Notes: generated by a model from the letters alone, not told the origin. A DNA stretch of 64,000 bases from the human T2T-CHM13v2.0 reference genome, Homo sapiens (GCF_009914755.1 NC_060926.1); one strand, 5' to 3'. Positions 1 to 19,410 are shown, numbered from the stretch's first letter. Program-made: numbers and translations.

Positions 1-172
1 GGAGGGACTGAGCTTATCCTGGGTAGCTTGAGAGGACAGGGATAAATCAGTTACAGAAAGTGAGATTTTGGCTCCCCACTGAGGAAGAAGTTTCCAGTGA
101 TTAGAGTTGATCATGAATGAGCTCGCTGGAAATATTCAGAGGACTGTTTTATTGGGTGGCGAGTTGGATTAA

Positions 173-525
<353 letters not shown>

Positions 526-899
526 TAGGATTCGATTATCTGTGAAAAAACTTTATAAAGATGAGGACTACAAGCTATGTATATACAGTATGTATACACT
601 GTATAGAATATATGTAAAGATAATCTGAGTATGTCCTCTCATTGGAACAAAAACCTGTCAAGTCACTGTCAAGGAGACAGTAAAAACATGTTGGTGATGG
701 GTGAAGCTATTCCATTCACTGAGAAATTGGCACCCTCACATGTAAAGGGAGTTTATGTCTGCATGTTAGAGGGATACCGTGCCATGTGTGGCTTTGGTCC
801 ACGTCTACCTACAGGCTTCAGTGACTGAGAGGACAGCATCAGGGAAAGGGGCCTCTGGGACTCTGGGTTTGCTATCTTGTCCTGGAGGGGAGTAAGATC

Positions 900-1050
900 T
901 CTGGCTTGATGCTCTGAAGACCCAGGTTCTAGGACCAGCTTTCCCCCTTCAAGCTGCACGACCTTAGGCAGACCACTTTTCTGATAAGCACAGGCTACAT
1001 CTCTAAAGTAAGGGACTGGACAATGTGCTCTCTAAGGCACCTTCCAAATT
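900..1050. mobile_element. Degenerate MIR-like fragment
   Basis: Resembles the MIR core/3' end (GACCTTAGGCA...CTCTAAGGCACCTTCC). Confidence 0.45.
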
Positions 1051-2617
1051 ACACTACATAATTTTGTTGAAACCATCCTTTCTTACTATGAGACACTGCT
1101 GAGGATTCCTATAAGCTTTACATTTTTGTGAAGCTATTTGGTCTCTATGTGCTTTCCACTTAATGGTATTTAATGACCTCTCACCCTAGCACGATGAACG
1201 CAGAAGCCACTTATTTTGCATAAACTCTAATAAGTGGCCATGAAGTACAAGTGTAGTTAATTCCCATGGCCCGAAATTCCCTGAGAAATTTCCTCTAAAA
1301 GTGGGATTTCTGACATCTGTGGGGAGCTGCATTAGGGAAAGCGCCTTCTAATCACCTGTGAGGTCATCCTGAAGGCTGTCGCCTCTTCTGTTTATGTGTA
1401 CAGAGCGGGGCCGTGCTTCTGATGGGGGTTGAGAAACAGTGCTAGAATGGAGAGGGTGGCACCATCAAACAAGAGAGGCAGCGTCTGACCTTAACTGACT
1501 GGAAAGACGAAGCTGGGCTATACACTCACTTTGGTCTGTATGAAAACAGGCAGACTTGAGAGCAGAGCTGGGGGCTCTGTCCAGTCCCATGACAACCCTA
1601 AACATGTGAGCTTTCTCCTACGAAGGGCTGAAAAATACCCAAGGCTTGCCTTCCCTAAGAGTGTTTGAATAAGTGTATGTGTTTGAATCGTCCGTGGAAA
1701 AACTGCTTTATCTTTTTATTTAATAATCCTGTTAAGCTACTTCAAGGTATTTAAAAGCACTACATTAGGTGGAAAGAAACAAAAGAGAGCCATCAGTGTG
1801 AGTGACCTACAGCGCTTAGGGAGGGAAACCATTAGTTTAACACAAAACATGGAGACCCCACCGCTGTGAAATCGTTAGTGACTCTCTGGCCCCTACGTAA
1901 CTGGTAGAGTCATGGGGATTCCTGGAGATAGGAGGATACGTGAATGGCCTTTTATTTTCTCTCTCTTTCCTGGGTTTTATGTAAGGTGAAATGCCACGAG
2001 GTAAAGGTCTTTGGGAAGTCACTGAATTGGTGAGGTGATGGAGAGACTGAGAAAGAAGTCACAGATGAGCTGAACACAAGGAGCAGAAGAGGCGACAGAC
2101 TCAGGTCATGAACTTCAGGTGAAATCAGAGCCTGGTCACGGACAAAAGGAGGGAATAGGTTTCAAAAACAAATCAAACAGGAGAGAGCAGAAAGGCAGCA
2201 GGGGAAGGTCCAGAGCTTTCCTGGCTGATTCCGCTCCAGACCTCCAGGGAAGTTTCAGAATGAGGTGGTCGGTCAGGCCTAGGGAGAGAGCGGCTGTGGA
2301 CAAAGTACAGATGGAAGACGAGGTAAGTGAGGAAGGGGCCTGCCTGCACTGAAAGGTCTGAATTTCTCTACATTCAGCTTGCTCCACAAGATGCACTCCT
2401 GAGATAGGCCTGAATGTGAAACCGCCCCTACGCGATCCTGTGTGACAGAGGCTCTCTGGGTGGAGACATCCAGTGTGTTCCTAGAAGGCAAAGTTAGGTG
2501 ATGAAATGGGGTGGTGCAAGCTGGGTGGTGAGGTTCTGCCGGTGCTGGCAAGGAAGTGAGAAGGGCGCGGGCAAGGCAGGGGAGGCCAGGAAGCTGGCTG
2601 GGAGCTCTGGGTTTCAC

Positions 2618-2707
2618 CTGAATGGAGCTCCTTCACCAGGGATGACATGGTGTTGGTGATGGAGTCAGCTGCCACCAGCAGGTCATTGCGGAGGTTTCTC
2701 CTCGTAC
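2618..2707 (-). CDS. DTNB: DTNB coding exon, 90 nt ([29 protein letters not shown])
   Basis: Acceptor CTCTCCTCAG|GT and donor TCAG|GTGAAA; phase 1 to 1 (symmetric); lies inside ORF 2481..2816. Confidence 0.95.
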
Positions 2708-3530
2708 CTGAGGAGAGGCAGAGCAGATGGGGATGCCAGGGTGGGTTAGCGTGGAGAAGAGACGGCTGAGCAAATGCCTCAGTTCTGCCAGGCCCGAGAA
2801 CACAGGTGTGGAACACCTAAGGGGAGATGGGGCCACAGCAGCTCCACCCATTCCCAGGCACACCGGGGGCAGGAGGCACCAGCCCACTGGTCCCTCTCCC
2901 TCTGCCCTCTCTACCTAGGGAGCAGCATCCTGTCAACTCCACGCTTTGCCGCCACCACACAATCCAGAGCTGGGTTCCAGAATAAGCATTCCACCGAGGT
3001 CTTCCTCAGCCTTGTGGGGGTGGGGCTGTACTCTCCACAACCACCACTACCACCTCCCCTTCTCACCTCCAGCCCCAGCAGGACTTCCCTCTGAATCCCC
3101 ACCCAACTACTTAATACTGCTGGTCACCAGCTCCCCCGATGACTGTGACAATGGCGTGCATACTGTGCTTTCAGCACGGTCCCAGTTACAGTGCCTGTTA
3201 CAGTCCCTTCTAGGCCAGGGAATTATTCCATCCAATTCCTCTGGAGGAGACAAAGCCCAAAGGACAAAGCACTTCCAATAATCCAGAAAAAAGGGCAGAG
3301 AACCCCAGGAGGCCTGTTCTTGGCACACATAGGAAGCCTGCAGCCCTCCCGCTGGAGACCAGCCCGTCTCATGAGAAGGGGCCAGCACCTGACTTATTTA
3401 CACTGTCTGTCAAAATCTGATCATTCCAAGCAAAGAGCACAAAACAGAAATGGAAAAAACCTCAGCAGGAATCTTGTCCGTGTTTGCACATCCCTTCAGC
3501 TCCCCGCTGAACTCTGCTCCAGAAACTCAC

Positions 3531-3690
3531 CTTGTGCGAAGGCCTCCTGCACGTCTCCCCCGACTCCGCTCAGCGAGTCCTGCGGACAGTGGGTGGGGGT
3601 GGAGCCGGCAGACGTGGAGCGCACTGGCATGGGCATTGGCCGGCCGCCTCCATGGGTGGGCGATGTATGTGGTGACCCTGTGGCCTGAGC
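3531..3690 (-). CDS. DTNB: DTNB coding exon, 160 nt ([54 protein letters not shown])
   Basis: Acceptor ATCTCCAG|GCT and donor CAAG|GTGAGT; phase 0 to 1; lies inside ORF 3496..3702. Confidence 0.96.
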
Positions 3691-3983
3691 CTGGAGATTC
3701 AAAGACAGAAAATACGTTATCTCAAGTACCTGACCTCTTTGAGGAAGGAAGAAAGTACTTTTTCTCCATCAACCAGAGCCAGCCAGTGGGCCTCAGTTCA
3801 GTGGTACAAGATCATACTTGAAAGGAAGGAGTTAGGCTGCTTCCAAGACTGGAGAGAGGAAGAAAAGGAAAAAAGGAAGGGGGCGTGCAGGGCAGAGAGA
3901 GAGAACATCCTAAGAACAAGACCAAGAATGGGAGGGAAAGAAGAGGCTGGCACAGAGTGGTGGAGACAGAGTGAGCTGCGTGA

Positions 3984-4484
<501 letters not shown>

Positions 4485-5181
4485 AGGGTATATATTTTTA
4501 TGTCCATTTTATAGAAGAAGAAGAATGGAAAGAGACGTTGTGTCAGGCCACACAGCTTGCCAGTGGGAGGCATGGGAACAACCCCTTGACTCCAAGGGTG
4601 GCAGTGTGCACTCTGCAGGTTGTGACCCCACTCCCTGCAGGGCATGCTCTGAGCATGTGCGGAGCTCGGCTGCAGGCTGCAAGCGGGGCCATGGGGCCAG
4701 TCATGCCACATGCACTGCACATGTACAGCAAGGCTGTCCGGGGCCACCCCGCGGGGACGAGGTGAGAAAGGACACATGGTAAACAGAAACCAAGCTTTCC
4801 TTGGGAGGCCCTGGTATAGTTGTGGAGAAAGTTTGGAGCAATGGGATAAAATAAATAAAAGGAGAAAACTAATCAAGGGCCGCTCACTGAGATGTGGGCT
4901 CTGTAGCTCTTCAGCACAACGGGAACTGAGTGTGGAAGGTGGACTAGGGTTTTCTGTGGAAGCAAAACTGGAAAAAATAGAAGCCAAAGTGTGAGAGTGA
5001 ATTCAAATGAAGACAGTTATCCTTCTTCTAGCTTTCTCAGCTAGAAACCCCATATACAAACAGAATTGGCCCTGAACAGGTGGACAGGCTGGACGCACGA
5101 CACCCCACCGCAGTGCTTCAACCGTGTGGCCACCAAACTCAACAGAAATGGATTGTTTTCTGTGGTTCTTACTTTGAATCA

Positions 5182-5184
<3 letters not shown>

Positions 5185-5218
<34 letters not shown>
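5185..5218. repeat. (GT)17 microsatellite
   Basis: Read directly. Confidence 0.95.
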
Positions 5219-5226
<8 letters not shown>

Positions 5227-5229
5227 TTT

Positions 5230-5580
5230 GAGAAGTTAAAAAAAATACAGAAAACTAAAAAGTACAACATAATTAACCACCCCAAATTGGTAACTTCATA
5301 TTGTGTCAAATGTATTTCAACCTAAAAATATTGCAGAAAAATTTGCAATATTTTTGTCCACCAGTTCTTTCCTGTTCCAGTTCTTTCCTCTCCTCCCTTC
5401 AGAGGCAACCCCTATCAAAATTCTGCTGTGAAACTTTTAACCTATATGTGCATGTATAGCTATGAATAATAGATGGTATTTCACGCTTTTAAATTTTGCA
5501 TGAATGGTATTGTACTGCTCATATCACTTTGCAATTTGCTTTAATCACTTAGCATGCTTTCTGAGATCTTTCCATGATAC
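5230..5580 (-). mobile_element. Old L1M(E)-type 3' fragment
   Basis: Motifs such as AGAGGCAACC...GAATGGTATTGTACTG...CTTAGCATG. Confidence 0.5.
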
Positions 5581-5753
5581 AAATAAATATGAACTAAATC
5601 AAAATGGATCATAGTAACTATAAGAGCTAAAACTAAAATGGATCATAGTAACTATAAGGGCTAAAACTATAAAATTTCTCTAAGAAAACACCCAAACCAT
5701 GATATGTAAAAACAAAACCAAACAGATAAACTGGCTTTCATTGAAATTTTAAA

Positions 5754-6081
5754 CTTTTTCTTTTCTTTTTCTTTTCGTCTTCTCTTTTTTTTTTTTGAGA
5801 TGGAGTTTCACTCTTTCACCCAGGCTGGAGTGAAGTGGTGCGATTTTGGCTCAGTGCAACCTCCGTCCCCTGGGTTCAACCAATTCTCCTGCCTCAGCCT
5901 CCAAAGTAGATGGGATTACAGGTGCGTGTGTGCCACCATGCCTGGCTTTTCTTATATTTTTAGTAGAGATGGGGTTTCGCCATCTTGGCCAGGCTGGCTT
6001 CAAACTCCTGACCTCAGGTGATCCACCCGCCTCGGCCTCCCAAAGTGCTAGGATTACAGGTGTGAGCCACTGAGCCCGACC
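5754..6081 (-). mobile_element. Alu (AluS-like)
   Basis: Full-length Alu reverse complement. Confidence 0.93.
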
Positions 6082-6230
6082 AAACTTCTGCTTTTCAAAA
6101 GATATCATTAAAAAACATATGAACAAATCAATTCAGAATTAGTCAATAACTTAAACATAGGAGCTGAAATTATAACATTCTTAGAGAAAACATAGGGGGA
6201 AGGCTTTATAATCTTGGATTAGGTAATGAC

Positions 6231-6530
6231 TTTTTTTTTTTTTTTTTTTGAGACGGAGTCTTGCTCTGTTGCCCAGGCTGGAGTGCAGTGGTGCAATCTC
6301 GGCTCACCACAAGCTCCGCCTCCCGGGTTCACACCATTCTCCTGCCTCAGCCTCTTGACTAGCTGGGACTACAGGTGCCCGTCACCACTCCCGGCTAATT
6401 TTTTGTATTTTTCGTAGAGACAGGGTTTCACCATGTTAGCCAGGATGGTCTCGATCTCCTGACCTCGTGATCCACCTGCCTCGGCCTCCCAAAGTGCTGG
6501 GATTACAGGTGTGAGCCACCGCGCCTGGCC
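6231..6530 (-). mobile_element. AluY-like
   Basis: Diagnostic GTTAGCCAGGATGGTCTCGATCTCCTGACCTCGTG; TSD TAGG(T/C)AATGACTTTTT at 6220 and 6531. Confidence 0.92.
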
Positions 6531-6994
6531 TAGGCAATGACTTTTTAGATATGACATCAAAAGCCCAAGCTATGAAAGAAAAACTAGATACATTGAATAT
6601 TATCAAAAGTAAAACTTTTGTGCTTTGAAGAATACCATCAAGAAAGTGAAAGTCAACCCCCAGAAAGGGAGAAAATGTTTGCAAACTATATATGATACAT
6701 GATCTATATATAAAATATATAAAGAACTCTTACAACTCAATAATAAAAGGACAAATAATATTTTAAAATGGGCAAAGGATCTGAATAGACATTCCTCCAA
6801 AGATATATAAATATCCAGTAAGTACATGGAAAGATGCTCAGCATTATTAGGGAAATGCAAATCAAAACTACAATGAGACATCACCGCACACCCACAAGGA
6901 TGACTATAATAAAAAAGACAGGTAATAACAAGTGTTGGCAAGGATGTGGAGAAATTAGAACCCTAATATACTGCTGATAGAAATGTAAAATGGC

Positions 6995-10732
<3,738 letters not shown>

Positions 10733-10739
10733 AAAAGTT

Positions 10740-10930
10740 TATGTATCACATAATATGTATACATAAATATATAAATCACAGTATACATATTTGTAAATAC
10801 ATAAATACACATAAATATACCAATTACATAATATACATGTATATTTATGTACATAAATATATAAATCACAATATATACATAAATATAAATATAAATATAT
10901 ATTTATGTATATTTAAATATTTACATACAT
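10740..10930. repeat. TA/CA-rich low-complexity tract
   Basis: Read directly. Confidence 0.8.
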
Positions 10931-11319
10931 CTCTCTAACCACATCAGCATCAGTTTCTAGCAATAGCAAATATTCAAAATCTATGTGACAAAATCATGAT
11001 TAAACAAATTAATACATGAATAAATCATTGCAACTGATTTGTAGGTATTTCTCATGTAATTGATAAAGGTACTTCCAGTGAGCAAGGAAGCTAGATAAAA
11101 ATTTATGTTGTGAAGAAAGCACTAGAGATGGAATTTGCATTCTTATTTCAACATTTTCTTTGAGTAAATAAATTAATCCTACTGAATCTTAGTTTTCTCT
11201 TACATAATATGGAATATTATAAAAGGATTAATAGACAAGTTAAAAAATGTAGCCCAGAATTACATATAAGGAGCTGTAATTAAATATTCCCTCCCTCCCT
11301 CCTGAAGACTGGTGCTAGG

Positions 11320-12086
<767 letters not shown>

Positions 12087-12399
12087 AAGACTGGTGCTAG
12101 GGATAGCTCTTGTGACCATTCTGCAGTATCATTAATGTTCTTTTTTCCTAACATTAAAACCTCAGTCTGGGCACTGTTTTGTCTCCCCAGCTACTTTTCC
12201 TATTACCACCTTCCAATCCTTCACTGTCATGTATTTGCAGACTGTGATTCTAGGAAAATCTCAACAATTTCTGAATTGAATATAAGATAAAAGGGATAAA
12301 TTTGTCCTGAGATTTTAGATAACTGAATTTCTTTAAGCCATCTACGGAATAAAGACCAAATACCACCCCCACACCCCCACCTCCCCCACCCAAAAAAAA

Positions 12400-12835
12400 G
12401 TAAAATAGTGCAGCTGCTTTGGACAGACTGGCAGCAATTCCATTCCTAGGTATATATCCATGAGACATGAAAACATGTCCACACAAAAATCTGAACCCAA
12501 ATGTTCATAGCAGCGTTATTCGACATAGCCAAAAAGTAAAAACAATTCAAATGTCCATCAATTCAGGAGGCCAAGGGAGAAGAATTGCTTGAATCTGGGA
12601 GGCAGAGGCTGCAGTGAGCTGAGATAGCGCCACTGCACTCCAGCCTGGATGACAGAAAGAGACTCTGTCTCAAAAAAAAAAAAAAAAAAGAAAGAAAACA
12701 GTATGCTACGTGCAAGAAGCCAGTCACAGAAGCCAGTCACAGAAGACCACATATCGTATGATCCCATTTATATAAAATGTCCAGAATAGGCAAATCTCAG
12801 GGCACAGGAAGCAGGATAAGAATCTCTGAGGGCTG
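12400..12835 (+). mobile_element. Continuation of the old L1M element (ORF2 end/3'UTR), with an Alu right-arm fragment at about 12562-12698
   Basis: TGCAGCTGCTTTGG...CATTCCTAGGTATATATCC...AATGTCCAGAATAGGCAAATC. Confidence 0.75.
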
Positions 12836-12931
12836 GTTTCGAGTTTGCCTGGAAATGCCTAGATTAAGTGACCAGTTCAGACAGCGTAGGAACTCAAGAT
12901 GGAAATTAAATCCACTTAAAGAACAAAAATG

Positions 12932-13252
<321 letters not shown>

Positions 13253-14389
13253 CTAACACACTTCACTGTAAGACAGATGGCCCAGCCAGCATTAAACATA
13301 TGGCGAGGACTCAGGAATCTCCCTCTGCATGATCTGGGCCAGGCACCATGGCCTGAGGACCGCACATCAGAGTCATAGGACCCAGGTGAACATCCAGGCT
13401 GCTTCATAACAGCATGACACTGAACCTTTGCAAATACTTTGATATTGAAATGATGATGGGGGATGAGACAAGAGGGGTAGGCAGGGTGGCCAGCCACATG
13501 TGTCTAAAGCTCTAGTATCTGGAAGTGAAACCTCCTGCCCACCATCAGCCTGGAAATAATCAGACCCTCTTCCTGGGATCATTACCTAGGGCATGCCTTC
13601 TGAGGAAGATAAAAACCAGATTCTAGAAGTTGTGTTTGTTCAGAGCAGTTGAAAGAGAAAAGCTACGACTCCTGGGCAGGTGTTATTTCTCCATGGGTCT
13701 TATGCCCCAGCCCTTGGCGTTAGGATCACACTGGATGAAAATGAAGCCAGGACAGAGCTGTCAGGGCCCTCCGTGAATTCTGGTTTGTGTAGGGTAATAC
13801 CAGTTTGCAATCCTGGGTGGGTCAGAGGCACAAGTGATAGCTCACCAATATGCATGGGCTTTCGCCAGGCCTGAGGCTAAGGGTTCAGGAAGCCTGGAGA
13901 CCGGAGCCGATCTTGGATGAGATATACATCACGCAAGGGATGTCAACCAACTCTGTTCCTTGGTGGTTTTGACAAAAAAGCAAAAGTGTGGGCCCATCCA
14001 CACTTGACTCTGTTGATGGGACTCTGCTCTCTCTTGCCACTCCCTCTGCTGGGAGCACTACTCTCCCCCATGCTGTCTGATTGGCTCCTGCTGGTCCCCT
14101 GGGCATCAGTCTCACTACTATCTCCTCTAGGATGAGACAATGTCTTTCTGAGATACTCCCACGGAATCTTGTGTGTCTCCATCACAGCACTATCTCACTT
14201 CTTAAATTCCATCCTCTGAATCCCTGTGCTCAGCACAGGTAAATTCTTAATAAATACTTGTTAAATGACAATGAAGTGCATCACATTTTTGGCCCTTTTT
14301 CTTCTGTAATGAAAAGTGGAAAAGAGCAGGAAAAGTGCTGGAGCAGGTAGTAATCTCCAGGAAGTAATACATCTATCAGTCGTCAGTGA

Positions 14390-14972
<583 letters not shown>

Positions 14973-15016
14973 AACCAGTGAATCTTTATGTGAGATACTT
15001 TAACTAGATAAGCAAA

Positions 15017-15150
15017 TGTGGTCACCAGACCTCTGAGATGGCCCCAAGGGACCCTCCCCTGCATTCATATCCGGGTGGAGTCTCCTCCCCTTCAATGTGG
15101 GCTAGGCCTAGTGACTCGCTGCTAATGAATCAGACAAGTGGGATATCACT
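15017..15150 (+). mobile_element. MLT1-like LTR 5' fragment
   Basis: TGTGG...GAGATGGCCCC...TGTGGGCTAGGCCTAGTGACTCGC motif. Confidence 0.55.
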
Positions 15151-18100
15151 TGTCTGGGATAAAAACTGTATTTTTCAGATATAAAATTCTGTGACCTATG
15201 ATCTTCGCTAAGTTAACCTCGTCTCAGACATGGCAAGAACCAACACTTTGCTTCAGTTCTGACCATTCTGTCAGTGAGGAATGCTCTTCTGGGGTCCCAG
15301 CAGCATCTCGGTCACGTCATGGCATATTCTGCTTCTAACTTTCCTTTCTCACAAGTGGAGTCCGTACCACAGCTGCTGGCCACGTAGGCCTTGTACAGAT
15401 GATGCTGATGAGGAGGTGTAGGGAGCAGGATACTCTGTATAAGATGGAACTATCTCAGGAAAGAGTCTGAAATAAGGTCCTTCTAACTAAATAAGTACAA
15501 ACTGGAGTGTGTGGCGCACATGCAGTCTGAGAAACCTTCTGTGCACAGCAACATTCCTGACATGCTGACAATCACCTCTGAATCTGGCTGGAGTTTGTTC
15601 CTTCTGTTTACTTGATAGGCACAGGCCAGACAGAACACACTAAAAATCAAGATGGAGCACCGCACTGTGCAAATGCACCTCGTCTCAAAAGCACAGATGG
15701 GCTTTATGTTCAGAGAGGCAGGCCCTTCTCCATGGAGACTGCTGAACACTCCGCTCAACGCGAACCAGTCTAGAATACGCGGCACAGTGGGAGACTTGGG
15801 GAGGGGGAGGCATCACAGTTGGCACCCTGAGATTACAGGAAACCTGAGAAACACCTAGAAATCTGCAAAGGTAGAGCAACTAGTCAGGTGGCTCCAAGGA
15901 TGGGGATATGTTGTCCAATGATAGGCACAAAAGACTCTTGTGCCTCTGGGTTTCAGCTGCCAGGAGAGGGCAATTCGCCTGGAGAAGCAAGGGAAGCTCT
16001 GCAATGTGCTACTCAGTGTTTTAAGGTTTCCTGATATAAGGAGTGGAATCTTGTTGTAGTACAAGCTGTAACAAAGGCTTGAGTCCAGCACAGGCCAATC
16101 ATGGGTCTAACCAATAACTAAACACAATAAATGCCCTGTGACTCAGGTTCTCTCAATACAGAGGTCCCTTGTATAACAGTTGGAAACAATTCTGTTGCAA
16201 ATGTAGAGCCAGTGAAACATTACAATCTGATAAGCTCTCTAGACTGCTGGCTCTTCATTTTCAAATCAGCAAAGACCCTGAGAACCCGAGAAAGCTCTGC
16301 ATCATGTTCCAAGAAAAGTGTTCAGAAATTACAAAATCAGAGGGTTCATGACCCCAGCAAACTAGCTTGTTTTAGTCCAACATTCATTTTTCATTTGAGG
16401 AGGCTGAGGTCAAGAGAGGTCACAAGGTCACACACAAAATCAGTAGACAGGCTAGGACTGGTCCCTGGGTCTGCTAATTGCCTCAAACTGCTGGCGGAAA
16501 ACTAAGCATATTGGGATCACAGCACAATGTTTCTGAGACTAAAAGGAACATGGATCAGTCAAGACTTCTGATGACTGACACTAACCGTGATTTTCCAGGG
16601 GACAGTCAATTTCATTCCCAGTAAGGAAATGTGAGAAAGGAGAATACAGGGATTATGAAAATCTCTTATGTATAAAAACAATCTCTTGTTGGAGCCAAAA
16701 CAGGTATAGAAAATGCCAGAGAAGGTGCCCTGAGGACACGGGGATCCTTCACCAGCTCTGCATCTGAGCACAGAGGCAGGGACGCACATGCTGTGGCAGA
16801 GAGAACTGGCCAGGAGACCAGCTGCACGGAGAGAAAGGCAGTGTCTTTAGTAGGAAAATGATACTGCACTGTTCTTGGCCATGCTTGGGTGGCCCCAGCA
16901 TGATGCCTGGCACTTAGTAGGGGCTCCAAAAATAGGACTTCCCTTCTTTCTTTTTCCTCATGGAATAGGGAAGAATTTTTAATCCTCCTGGCACACATTA
17001 TAGTCAGGTAAACAAGGCCAGAGAGACTTGTGGCAAAAGGCCTGACTTTAAGAGTTAATGCCCTCTGCAGAGCATTCATAACTGCATCCCCCTCCACACG
17101 CACACGCAACTACAACTTGGAGCTAAGCTGTTATCATGGTAACAGAATGGAAGACACTTTAGTCTCCATTTCTATCTCCCTGACTCATGGACACCTGCCA
17201 GGTAGCAGATGGCCTGTGTGGACAATTACCTTCATTTTGCTGCCGTGTATTTAAATTAAACAAAGTGGTCTCTTTGCTGCCGATTTTCAGAGGCCCTCTC
17301 AGAGAAACAAAAAACAATGATGGGAGAGAGTTGCTGCAAGTCTGAAATTTAGGCAACCGTGAATGTATAGAGAACTGGGATATGTAGAGAACAGCCTTTG
17401 TCCATTTTTCTCTTCAAGAAAAAGTTAAAAACCCCACATAACTATTTTGAGCTGGTGCTGGTGGTGACCATGCTAGGAAGATGCAGCTGTCTCATCAAAG
17501 TGGACGTGAAACGAGGGAGAGGTGATGGGGCTATCTGATGCTGCACTGTCTGTCCTGCTGTGAGAGTTGGAAATAACCGCCTCACACGACAAGAGTTAAG
17601 ACTATTGGGAGTTAGGACTGGCAATGGAAGTGCTCAGAGAATGGAGAATGAGGGTGAAGGAGAGAGGCAACCCAATGGCCGTGAGCAAGGAAGCAGGCAA
17701 TGAATGTGCCTGGACACCTTCCCTGCTTAGCAGAGGCGCCCACCTGCAAGCTTAAGTGCTGCGGAGTCTTTTATTTATTCTTATTTTCTATTTTTTTCAA
17801 CACCCTTGGTCAGCATGAAAGTGGAGTCTTTTAAAGATGAACTTGGCTTCTAGACACTGGAGAGAGGGGCTAAAGAGTTTTATGAAGTCTCTCACCACCG
17901 CTAACACACATTTACCTATTATGTGTCTGTTGGAAGGATGAGGCCACCAGAAAGTCTGCCATGGGGTCTCTCTGCAGAGGGGTGACACCTGTTTGTTTCC
18001 ATATCATGTCAGAAACCTCAGGGCTCATGCATAACCTGTCACTCACTGTGATGGCTGGTGAGGCAAGCTGCGGTAAGACAGGAAGCAGCTATTCTAGGAC

Positions 18101-18377
18101 TGCTGGATGATTTGTGATCACGGTGTTGCCAATGGCAGAAAGTTAGGGTTCTCAATCTTCATGATTCTGTCCCTATTCAAGTTACACTAAATTATATAGA
18201 AGACAAAGCTTATGCTAAGAATTAAAGAGTGAGGGCAAGGTGTACAATTATCTTTCTTAGTAGAAGGAAGAAGGTGTATTAAATTTCTGGGACAAAGAAC
18301 AACCTATTAAAACTCAAGATAAATCTGTAGATAAAAAGAAAATTGGAAAGTAAACTTTTAGATAGAGAAACTCATAA

Positions 18378-18749
<372 letters not shown>

Positions 18750-19084
18750 CGTATCCCACTAGTCTTCACTGCAAGATTTCAAAGCCAGTTCTCTGCAAAA
18801 TGATGAGAGACCTCACCAACCAAGAGAAAAATACCTATACAATGAATGCTGAACACTCAGATAGCATACTAGAAACAGAAACTAGGCTAGGTTCTCAGGA
18901 GGATGTGGTCCTTATTCAGACAGCTAAATCTATTAGCAGGAAGCCAGCTGGGACCTATCAGTGGGGTTTTAAAATTCTATGAGTCTAATTTAAATGTTAC
19001 TTATGGGTAAGCCAAATTTGTGTGGTGAGGTATGGCACCCTTATTCAACAATGACACTCTGCACTTTGTTAAGTCCCTGTTATA

Positions 19085-19410
19085 TGTAACATAGTGGTTA
19101 GAGTCCAGGCTTTGCAGTTGGATAAACCTAGTTTGTTTGTTTGTTTTTTGAGATAGGGTCTTGCTATGTTGCCAGGGTTGGTCTTAAACTCCTGGCCTCA
19201 AGCAATCCTCCCACATCAGCCTCCCTTGTAGCTGGGAGTACAGGCGTGTGCCACTGTGCCCAGCCTAGAGGAACCTAGTTTGGATTCCAGCTGCCATTTA
19301 CTAGCTGTGTGATCTTGGGCAACTTACCTAACCTCTCTGCACCTAAGGTTCTTCATATGTACAGTGGGGATAACAATATCTACCTCACAGGTTGGTGAGG
19401 ATGATCATGA
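19085..19410. mobile_element. MIR interrupted by a monomeric Alu (FLAM-like, minus strand, about 19131-19265)
   Basis: MIR core CTAGCTGTGTGATCTTGGGCAACTTACCTAACCTCTCTG; AACCTAGTTTG duplicated around the monomer. Confidence 0.8.

Larger units (their letters stand above)
5585..6993 (+). mobile_element. Old L1M(B/C)-like ORF2 3' remnant interrupted by two Alus; resumes at about 12400
   Basis: Degenerate ORF2 C-terminal motifs (AAATGGGCAAAGGATCTGAATAGAC; GGGAAATGCAAATCAAAACTACAATGAG). Confidence 0.75.

Noticed and set aside
3191-3821. Long plus-strand ORFs (165 and 123 aa), and similar ORFs around 2279-3388 and 4457-4987
   Set aside because: Shadows of GC-rich exon-flanking DNA, with no recognisable homology or supporting gene structure
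4910-4930. REST/RE1-like TTCAGCACAACGG
   Set aside because: The right half of RE1 (ACAGCGCC) is absent
15368-15466. Possible cryptic minus-strand exon (TATACAG| ... |GTACGG)
   Set aside because: The 67-nt version shifts frame, the 99-nt version has an early TGA, the donor is mediocre, and nothing matches dystrobrevin
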